A DNA stretch of 64,000 nucleotides from a virus. Its lineage: Duplodnaviria > Caudoviricetes. Positions within the stretch are counted from its first letter, which is position 1, and the number at the start of each line of letters is the position of its first letter. The position numbers were made by a program, and so were the translations under genes. Location: the IMG/VR virus record IMGVR_UViG_3300017780_001544, positions 2,497-66,496 of that record; one strand, given 5' to 3'. The notes under the pieces were generated by a model. It was not told the DNA's origin. It did not search any database and saw only the letters and a program-made list of their open reading frames with translations. Of this stretch, positions 54,699-61,900 are shown piece by piece.

Positions 54699-55272
54699 TG
54701 AGCCACATGCAGTCGTGCGACTGCTTCTCAAGCGGATGGAGAGCCATCCCGAAGAGTTTCAAAGTAGGTCAGAGCCGTACTATGAGCGCTGGGCTAGCCA
54801 TATGGAAGCGCTACGCGAATACGGAAACGAAACCGACAACGCTGCGATTACCGCAAAGCTGCGGGACATCCGGCTAGCCGAAGTCCATGAACATGTAATG
54901 GACGAGCTACTCAACGGCCCCGAACGCCGCCGCAAGGAAGAGGAAGAGCGCGAGTATGAGCGTAACCTTTTGATGCAGCAAGCACGGAACACTACCGTAC
55001 CGCAAGCAGCGCTAGCGCAGCAGCAGAAAGCTTATGTTAGCCAGCTACACGGGATGATAGGTCAAGTTTATGGTGGCGGTGGCGGTGCTGCCTTACAGGG
55101 CTATCAGAACGCAGCGGGTGCCCAAGGTATAGTGGGTGCCCAAGGTATAGTGGGTAAGTCTTACACCAGCGCGATAATGGACGAGTACAACGCCATCTCC
55201 GTTGCAACCCCACCCGAACCAACCCTTTCAACCTCAACCATCAACGCAATCAAGAAAGCACTAAAACTATGA
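54688..55272 (+). CDS. Hypothetical protein, 194 aa
   Basis: LLLKRMESHPEEF...VMDELLNG N-terminal motif, low-complexity C-terminus. Confidence 0.65.
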   Translation: MADNEPHAVVRLLLKRMESHPEEFQSRSEPYYERWASHMEALREYGNETDNAAITAKLRDIRLAEVHEHVMDELLNGPERRRKEEEEREYERNLLMQQARNTTVPQAALAQQQKAYVSQLHGMIGQVYGGGGGAALQGYQNAAGAQGIVGAQGIVGKSYTSAIMDEYNAISVATPPEPTLSTSTINAIKKALKL

Positions 55273-55862
55273 CCGAGTACCAATTCACAAAAGACTGGTT
55301 CCAGTGGGCACCAGAAGTCTGGAACCAGCTTACCCCAATGCTGTCAGGCACAGCAGGGCATCGTACCTTCCTTGAAATCGGTTCCTTTGAGGGCCGCAGC
55401 AGCATCTGGATTGCCGAGAACATGATGCAGGACGGTGACTTGCTGCGCTGCATCGACACATGGGAAGGCGGCGAAGAACATGGTGAAGAGAACATGAGCG
55501 AAGTCGAAGAGCGGTTCCGCGCCAACCTTGTCCTCGCTACCGAAAAGCTACCAGACCGCCGTATCATCCAACAGAAGGGAACTTCGGTTGCCATGCTGTC
55601 GTGGCTGCACGGTAAGGAGACTTTCGACTTCATCTACATCGACGGAAGCCACCAAGCGCCGGATGTTCTGACTGATGCGTGTATGTCGTGGTCCCTGCTC
55701 AACAAGGGCGGACTGATGGTGTTTGATGACTATATGTGGGGCAACCCCCGCGATGCGCTTCACCGCCCTAAGATTGCCATCGACGCCTTCACCAACATCT
55801 TTGGTGAGACAGCAGAAATCGTCCACGTTGGGTATCAACTCGTAGTACGCAAGAAGGGGTAG
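55269..55862 (+). CDS. Class I SAM-dependent methyltransferase (Methyltransf_24-like), 197 aa
   Basis: FLEIGSFEGRSS, CIDTW, FDFIYIDGSH, GGLMVFDDY. Confidence 0.88.
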   Translation: MTEYQFTKDWFQWAPEVWNQLTPMLSGTAGHRTFLEIGSFEGRSSIWIAENMMQDGDLLRCIDTWEGGEEHGEENMSEVEERFRANLVLATEKLPDRRIIQQKGTSVAMLSWLHGKETFDFIYIDGSHQAPDVLTDACMSWSLLNKGGLMVFDDYMWGNPRDALHRPKIAIDAFTNIFGETAEIVHVGYQLVVRKKG

Positions 55863-55869
55863 GGAGAGT

Positions 55870-56094
55870 ATGTTTGATCCGGTCAGCTTCACCATCGGGC
55901 TTTTCAGCGGTGGGTTCCTTGGTGCCATTGGCGCTATCGTCGTAAACATGGTCCATATTCATCGGCTGCAAGACGAGAACACCCGCCTGTCGCGGGAACT
56001 CCTCAAGCTAGCCACACGGTATATGGGTAAGAAACTCTACACGCATGACGCCAAGGGCCGGTTCCGAAGGATTAACAACAATGCCAACGGTTAA
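55870..56094 (+). CDS. Membrane-anchored hypothetical protein, 74 aa
   Basis: N-terminal TM helix, C-terminal HDAKGRF motif. Confidence 0.55.
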   Translation: MFDPVSFTIGLFSGGFLGAIGAIVVNMVHIHRLQDENTRLSRELLKLATRYMGKKLYTHDAKGRFRRINNNANG

Positions 56095-56254
56095 GAAGGG
56101 CGTCTTCAAGTGGACGCCGGAGCTAGAAGCAAAGCTATGGGGCCTGTTCCAGTACGGCCTTAGGGCGAAGGATGTGGCGGAGCAGATGGGCATTTCCATC
56201 TGCGCTGCCGAGGCCCGATACAGGAAACTCAAGAAAGCAAAAGCAAATGACTGA
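56081..56254 (+). CDS. GcrA-like/HTH DNA-binding protein, 57 aa
   Basis: WTPELEAKLWGLFQYGLRAKDVAEQMGIS resembles the GcrA N-terminal HTH. Confidence 0.5.
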   Translation: MPTVKKGVFKWTPELEAKLWGLFQYGLRAKDVAEQMGISICAAEARYRKLKKAKAND

Positions 56255-57005
56255 CGAAACTAAACGCCCCAAGATTATGATTGCCACCCCCATGTACGGC
56301 GGCATGTGCACGGGCATGTACGTGTTAGGCTTGCTCAACACCATGAACAAGATGCGTGAACTGGGTGTCGAGGTGCGCTGGGCGCACATGACCAACGAGA
56401 GCCTCATTACCCGTGCACGTAACGAGCTAGCCCGTACCTTCTTGGAGACGGACTGCGACTACCTCATGTTCATCGACGCCGACATTGGCTTTGATGGGGA
56501 GGCTATCGCTCACTTGCTAGCAGCAGACGATGACATCGTGTGTGGCATCTACCCCAAGAAGGAAGTGAACTGGGATAGCATCAAACGCGCAGTGGCCGCT
56601 GGCAAGGAAGACCTGCACGACTACGGCGGTGCCTTTGTGTTCAATATGGTGGACGAGAAGCACGTTGAGACCGACGAGCGCGGTGTCATTGAAGTGCGGC
56701 ATGGTGGCACTGGCTTCATGCTCATCAGGCGGGGGGTGTTCGACCACCTTGCGCCACACGTACCGACCTACCGGACATCATCGTTCATCAAACCAGATGG
56801 CGAGTACGAGAAGCCGCTGACGTACGAGTTCTTCGCTTCCAGCATCGACCACACGGGTGCACTGTTGTCGGAGGATTACCACTTTTGCGAACTGTTTCGC
56901 AAACACGGAGGGAAAATCCATGCCCATCCCTTCGTGAAATTGGACCACGTAGGCACGTATGTCTACAACGGGGACATTTTGAAATCGGGCGGAAACCTAA
57001 AGTAA
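56247..57005 (+). CDS. GT-A fold glycosyltransferase (early module copy), 252 aa
   Basis: IATPMYGG, SLITRARN, MFIDAD, GIYPKK, GTGFMLIRR, LSEDYHFC, LDHVG. Confidence 0.85.
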   Translation: MTDETKRPKIMIATPMYGGMCTGMYVLGLLNTMNKMRELGVEVRWAHMTNESLITRARNELARTFLETDCDYLMFIDADIGFDGEAIAHLLAADDDIVCGIYPKKEVNWDSIKRAVAAGKEDLHDYGGAFVFNMVDEKHVETDERGVIEVRHGGTGFMLIRRGVFDHLAPHVPTYRTSSFIKPDGEYEKPLTYEFFASSIDHTGALLSEDYHFCELFRKHGGKIHAHPFVKLDHVGTYVYNGDILKSGGNLK

Positions 57006-57017
57006 GGAGCAACTGAA

Positions 57018-57476
57018 ATGGCTAGGAAAAGCAGCAAAGCAGATATAATTATAAAACTGTTGACGGAGGGTTTCACCGCCGCGCAGATTAAAAAACGCGT
57101 GAAAGTTAGCGAGAGCTACATCTACGCAACTATGAAGAAGCTGACCGCAGGAGTGGAACCCAAAGCCGGTGAGTTTATCGTAGTCGAAGGGGCCAAGTCT
57201 GCCCAAGAAATCGACGCAATCCTCAACGAACGTGCGACCACTTACGGTAGCTTCAAGGACGTAGCCGAGGTCGCGCAAGAAATTAAGGCGCTAATCCACA
57301 CGCACCTTAATGCTACTGATAAGGTGCTAGACCCCGACCAGATGGAAGCACTCGACATGATAGCGAGTAAGCTTGGGCGTATCATCAACGGTAACGCTGA
57401 TTATGTGGATAGCTGGATTGACATTGCCGGATACGCGCAGCTTGTGGCTGACCGATTGGAAGGCAAGGTCCGGTGA
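57018..57476 (+). CDS. HTH plus DUF6378-like protein, 152 aa
   Basis: ILNERATTYGSF...KLGRIING...DSWIDIAGYAQL. N-terminal HTH-like segment. Confidence 0.7.
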   Translation: MARKSSKADIIIKLLTEGFTAAQIKKRVKVSESYIYATMKKLTAGVEPKAGEFIVVEGAKSAQEIDAILNERATTYGSFKDVAEVAQEIKALIHTHLNATDKVLDPDQMEALDMIASKLGRIINGNADYVDSWIDIAGYAQLVADRLEGKVR

Positions 57477-57685
57477 AACTGCCGGAGCGGTTGCGGGAGG
57501 CCCTAGATAAAACGGGCCTCCCATGGAAGGTTGAAGACGGTTCAAAACACTATAAGGTGAAGCTTTGCGGCAGGTTAGTGGCAGTGTTTCCCCTTGGTAA
57601 GAAACGTGACGCCGACAAACGCGCCCTGCTCAATACCATAACCCAAGTGCGCCTCGCAGCGCGGCAGATAAAGGAAACACCATGA
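57473..57685 (+). CDS. HicA-like (dsRBD fold) protein, 70 aa
   Basis: WKVEDGSKHYKVKLCGRLVAVFP...ALLNTITQV. Confidence 0.5.
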   Translation: MKLPERLREALDKTGLPWKVEDGSKHYKVKLCGRLVAVFPLGKKRDADKRALLNTITQVRLAARQIKETP

Positions 57686-58350
57686 CCGCTTGGTCCTATA
57701 GCAGCATCAAAACCTTCGAGCAGTGTCCGAAGAAGTACTTCCACCTCAAGGTGGCCAAGGACGTTAAGGATGAGGCTGGACCCGCTGCGCAATATGGGAC
57801 CGACTTCCACGAAGCTGCCGAGTTGTTCATCAAGAACGGCACACCGATCCCGCCTAAGTTCAAACAGTATGCTAGCGTAGTGGAAGTGCTATCAAACTTC
57901 CCCGGTGAGAAGCATACCGAGCTTAAGCTGGGTGTCCGCAAGACGGACACTGGCTACGAACCATGCGGTTTCTTCGACAAGGACGTATGGTGGCGCGGCA
58001 TCGTGGACTTGCTGATTATCAATGGGTGGAACGCCCATATGATTGACTATAAGACCGGAAAGAACGCCAAGTATGCCGACATGAAGCAGCTTGACCTCAT
58101 GGCGGGTGCCATCTTCGTGCATTTCCCAGAGGTGAAGCGCATCAAGTCTGGCTTGGCCTATGTGGTCAGCAACGAGTTCCCTAAGAAGACCCACCTGATA
58201 ACAGAGAAATCGCAGTACATGTCCGTGTTCGACAAGCAGTTAGACCAGCTTGATGCTGCGATGGACAACGGTGTCTGGAACCCTAAATCTGGGCCTTTGT
58301 GTGGGTGGTGTCCTGTGGTAAAGTGCGAACATCATCGCCCACGGAGGTAA
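57682..58350 (+). CDS. PD-(D/E)XK exonuclease (RecB/Cas4-like), 222 aa
   Basis: WSYSSIKTFEQCP, GTDFHE, RGIVDL, IDYKTGK, QL.LMA, LCGWCPVVKC. Confidence 0.9.
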   Translation: MTAWSYSSIKTFEQCPKKYFHLKVAKDVKDEAGPAAQYGTDFHEAAELFIKNGTPIPPKFKQYASVVEVLSNFPGEKHTELKLGVRKTDTGYEPCGFFDKDVWWRGIVDLLIINGWNAHMIDYKTGKNAKYADMKQLDLMAGAIFVHFPEVKRIKSGLAYVVSNEFPKKTHLITEKSQYMSVFDKQLDQLDAAMDNGVWNPKSGPLCGWCPVVKCEHHRPRR

Positions 58351-58352
58351 TC

Positions 58353-58646
58353 ATGCCGTATAAAGACCCTAAGGACCGCAAGTACGAGAACGCTACCAAG
58401 TATCAGGCTAGCCCTGAGCAGAAAAAGAGCCGCGCTGCGCGCAACGCTGCTCGTGCCAAGCTCATGAAGGAAGGCAAGGTCAAGAAGGGTGACGGTAAGG
58501 ACGTAGCTCACAAGGTCGCTTTCGATAAGGGCGGCAGCAACAAGCAGGGTGTGCGCGTCGAGAGCGCCTCCAAGAACCGCTCATTCAAGCGGGACAGTAA
58601 GCATAATCTGGTGTCAGAAACCAGCAAACGAGAACGGAAGAAATAA
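58353..58646 (+). CDS. HNH-like endonuclease, 97 aa
   Basis: GDGKDVAHKVAFDKGGSN...SASKNRS. Confidence 0.65.
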   Translation: MPYKDPKDRKYENATKYQASPEQKKSRAARNAARAKLMKEGKVKKGDGKDVAHKVAFDKGGSNKQGVRVESASKNRSFKRDSKHNLVSETSKRERKK

Positions 58647-60208
58647 TGCAAAGCGTTGACGATAAGGTGCTACTCGTCAAGACTACCGAACCCAAGACCA
58701 TTACCGACAATATCAAGAAGAGCGCGGTATATAGGCAGGATGGGGATACGTACGAAGTAGCAGTGAGATGGGGCCTCAAGGAAGCTAAGGCGCTCATGAA
58801 GCTTGGCGTAGAGAACCCGCCATCCCCAATCCAGAGGCATTATAAGTGGTCGGGCAAGCACAAGCCGTTCGACCACCAGAAAGAGACTGCCTCCTTCCTC
58901 ACCCTCAACGATAAGGCGTTCTGCTTCAACGAGCAGGGTACGGGTAAGACCGCTTCGGTTATCTGGGCTGCGGACTATCTGATTAGGCTGGGCGAGATTA
59001 AGCGCATCCTCGTGCTGTGTCCGCTATCCATCATGAAGGCTGCATGGCAGCAGGACTTGTTCACCTTTGCGATGCACCGCTCCTGCTCCGTTGCGCATGG
59101 TACGGCCAAGCAGCGCGAGAAGATTATCAAGGCTGGCAACGAGTTCGTCATCCTTAACTTCGATGGGCTGGCTGTTGTCGAGGATGCCATCATCAACGGT
59201 GGCTTCGACTTAATCGTAGTGGACGAGGCCAGCGCCTATAAGAACGCACAGACCAACCGTTGGAAGGTGCTTAGCCGCATCGTCAACACCATCAAGCCGC
59301 GCCTTTGGATGCTTACTGGTACGCCAGCAGCACAATCACCACTGGACGCCTACGGGCTGGCGAAGCTGGTCAACCCCGATAACTGCCCCAAATACTACGG
59401 CTCGTTCCGCGACCAAGTGATGTACAAGGTAACGCAGTTTAAGTGGGCGGCAAAGCCACAGGCAGAGAGCATCGTGCATAGGGTGCTTCAACCCGCCATC
59501 CGGTTCGAGAAGAAGGACTGTCTCGACCTACCTGATGTCACCTACATGGAACGCGAAGCGCCGCTAACCAAGATGCAGATGTCCTACTACAAGCTGCTCA
59601 AGGACGAGATGTTGTTCGAGGCAGCGGGTGAGGAAGTCAGCGCGGTCAACGCAGCAACCAAGATTAACAAGCTGCTGCAAATCAGCGGTGGTGCGGTCTA
59701 CACGGACACTGGCGAAGTCATCGAGTTCGATGTCAGTAACCGTCTAACGGCTGTCTTGGAGGTAATCGAGGAAGCCAGCCATAAGGTGCTGGTCTTCGTG
59801 CCCTTCACGCACACCATCCAGCTACTACGCGATAGGCTGGAGAAGGAAGGCATCAGTTGTGATGTCATCAACGGTAAGGTGCCAGTGAACCGGCGCAGTG
59901 AGATTGTCACCGAGTTCCAGACCCGCAAAGACCCGCATGTGCTTATCATCCAGCCACAGGCTGCATCGCACGGCCTGACGCTCACGGCAGCTAACACTGT
60001 TATATGGTATGCCCCTGTGACGAGCGTGGAAACCTACCTACAGGCCAATGCCCGTATCAATAGGCCGGGGCAAAAGAACAACATGACCGTTGTCCACATT
60101 CGGGGTAGCGACGTAGAGGCTAAGCTATATCATATGCTGCAGCACAACATCACAAACCACGAAAAAATTATCGACCTTTATAGGCAAATTGCCACAGATA
60201 CCCCTTGA
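58646..60208 (+). CDS. SNF2-like superfamily 2 helicase, 520 aa
   Basis: PFDHQ, EQGTGKT, VVDEAS, LTGTP, HGLTLTAA, QANARINRPGQ. Confidence 0.93.
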   Translation: MQSVDDKVLLVKTTEPKTITDNIKKSAVYRQDGDTYEVAVRWGLKEAKALMKLGVENPPSPIQRHYKWSGKHKPFDHQKETASFLTLNDKAFCFNEQGTGKTASVIWAADYLIRLGEIKRILVLCPLSIMKAAWQQDLFTFAMHRSCSVAHGTAKQREKIIKAGNEFVILNFDGLAVVEDAIINGGFDLIVVDEASAYKNAQTNRWKVLSRIVNTIKPRLWMLTGTPAAQSPLDAYGLAKLVNPDNCPKYYGSFRDQVMYKVTQFKWAAKPQAESIVHRVLQPAIRFEKKDCLDLPDVTYMEREAPLTKMQMSYYKLLKDEMLFEAAGEEVSAVNAATKINKLLQISGGAVYTDTGEVIEFDVSNRLTAVLEVIEEASHKVLVFVPFTHTIQLLRDRLEKEGISCDVINGKVPVNRRSEIVTEFQTRKDPHVLIIQPQAASHGLTLTAANTVIWYAPVTSVETYLQANARINRPGQKNNMTVVHIRGSDVEAKLYHMLQHNITNHEKIIDLYRQIATDTP

Positions 60209-60232
60209 CACTGTAAAATGTTAAGATATTCT
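60205..60232 (+). promoter_or_regulatory. Middle promoter P4
   Basis: TTGACACTGTAAAATGTTAAGATATTCT, upstream of the 60261 gene. Confidence 0.65.
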
Positions 60233-60260
60233 GGTCGGGCCTTAGGGCGAAGGAGCAATT

Positions 60261-60668
60261 ATGACCGAAACCGAATTACCCGTTAGCGATATGGTGGCAG
60301 TTTACCGGAAAATCCGTGACGCCATCGACGAGAAGGAAGAGCAGCACAAGGAAGCTGTCACTGCCCTTAAAAACCAACTTGAAGTAGTAAGCAACAAGCT
60401 GCTGGAAATCTGCAACGAGCAGAACGCCGACAGCATCAAGACCCCTAGTGGCACGATTAGTCGGCGTATCAACGCTCGGTACTGGACGAGCGACTGGGAA
60501 ACGATGTATCGCTTCATCAAGGAAAACGATGTGCCGCAACTCTTGGAGCAGCGCATCCACAACGGCAACATGAAGCAGTTCTTGCAAGAGAACCCCGAAG
60601 CCTTTCCGGCTGGGCTACAGTGTGACCGTAAATATGTTATCCAAGTTCGTAAACCAACCACCAAGTAA
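60261..60668 (+). CDS. Conserved replication-module protein, 135 aa
   Basis: AAGGAG RBS, coiled coil then SIKTPSGT...WETMYRFIKEN...LLEQRIHNGNM. Confidence 0.75.
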   Translation: MTETELPVSDMVAVYRKIRDAIDEKEEQHKEAVTALKNQLEVVSNKLLEICNEQNADSIKTPSGTISRRINARYWTSDWETMYRFIKENDVPQLLEQRIHNGNMKQFLQENPEAFPAGLQCDRKYVIQVRKPTTK

Positions 60669-60677
60669 GAGGAAATC

Positions 60678-61607
60678 ATGAGCAACCTTTCTATTTTCAA
60701 AGAGTCCGGTGCAGTTTCAACCGCGTCAAAGCGTGAGCTAACTGGCCTCGCCAAGACCCTTGCGGCCACCAACAACATGCGCCGCATCGCCACCAACACC
60801 AACGGCACCTTCAAGCGCATGATTAACGGTGAGCAGATTGGCAACGCCATCCGTGGCGAGTTCAATGCCATCATCGTTGATGCACTGCCCAAGGTTAGCC
60901 GCACGTTCTACGCTGGCAAGTATGACCCCAATGCAAAGGCCACGCTGCCTGACTGCTGGTCGAACCTTGGTGATAAGCCAGAAGCCGCTGCCTCCAACAA
61001 GCAGCACTCCAACTGCGGAGACTGCCCACAGAACGTAAAGGGTTCCGGTGACAACGGTGGTCGTGCTTGCCGCTTCCAGCGCCGCATCGCCATCCTGCTT
61101 GCTGGTGACCCAACTGGTGAAGTCTATCAGTTCAACGTACCCGCCAAGTCGCTCTTCGGTAAGGGCAACGGCAACGTGCATCCGTTCGAGAGCTACGTGA
61201 AGTATCTGCTGGGCAACGGCGAAAGCCCTGACACGGTTGTGACCAACATCAGCTACGACTTGAACGCTGACAGTATGGAATTGCTGTTCACACCGCTGCG
61301 CGGCATCAGCGATGAAGAGTACGCGCTGGTTGTTGAGGCACAGGCTGACCCAGAAACCAAGAAGTACGTGCAGCTAACTGTTGCTGCTACTGATGGTGCT
61401 ACGAAGCCAGCCGCAAAGCCCGAACCGAAGCCGGAGCCTAAGCCCGTTGTCACTCGCTCCGAAGAGCCAGATGATGAAGACGAAGCCCCCGCCGAACCAG
61501 TGAAGCGCAGCGCCAAACCGACTGCGGTCGAAGAGGCTCCCGCCGTGTCTGGTGACCTTGCGTCCATCGTGAACGCTTGGGGCGATGACTCGGAAGATGA
61601 GGGATAA
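60678..61607 (+). CDS. Putative ssDNA-binding/annealing protein, 309 aa
   Basis: PDCWS...CGDCPQN...GRACRFQRRIA Zn-like motif, Pro/Glu linker and acidic C-terminal tail (WGDDSEDEG). Confidence 0.6.
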   Translation: MSNLSIFKESGAVSTASKRELTGLAKTLAATNNMRRIATNTNGTFKRMINGEQIGNAIRGEFNAIIVDALPKVSRTFYAGKYDPNAKATLPDCWSNLGDKPEAAASNKQHSNCGDCPQNVKGSGDNGGRACRFQRRIAILLAGDPTGEVYQFNVPAKSLFGKGNGNVHPFESYVKYLLGNGESPDTVVTNISYDLNADSMELLFTPLRGISDEEYALVVEAQADPETKKYVQLTVAATDGATKPAAKPEPKPEPKPVVTRSEEPDDEDEAPAEPVKRSAKPTAVEEAPAVSGDLASIVNAWGDDSEDEG

Positions 61608-61609
61608 AC

Positions 61610-61840
61610 ATGTCGCAAGGCTACAGCCTTCGGCTACGCGACCTTAACCGGAGGGCACCCAACAAAGCGTTGGGTGTCCGCCTCGGACGTATGTGCATCA
61701 AGCACGATGTTCCGGTTACGGTGGTAGCGAAGAGGATGGGCGTTACTCGTCAGACGGTATACAACTGGTTTGTGGGTGCATCTAACCCACAGCCATCGTT
61801 GGTTACACTGGTTGAGGCTTACATAACCCAATTCGATTAA
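61610..61840 (+). CDS. XRE-like HTH protein, 76 aa
   Basis: VPVTVVAKRMGVTRQTVYNWFVG. Confidence 0.75.
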   Translation: MSQGYSLRLRDLNRRAPNKALGVRLGRMCIKHDVPVTVVAKRMGVTRQTVYNWFVGASNPQPSLVTLVEAYITQFD

Positions 61841-61900
61841 GGCAGATGCCTACTGGTATTAAAAGCATATGCGGAAGGTAGCTTTCGCTGACTGGCACAC

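Noticed and set aside
57682-58350. Cas4-like nuclease as evidence of a CRISPR system
   Set aside because: A stand-alone PD-(D/E)XK exonuclease in the replication operon is routine in phages, and no array is present.
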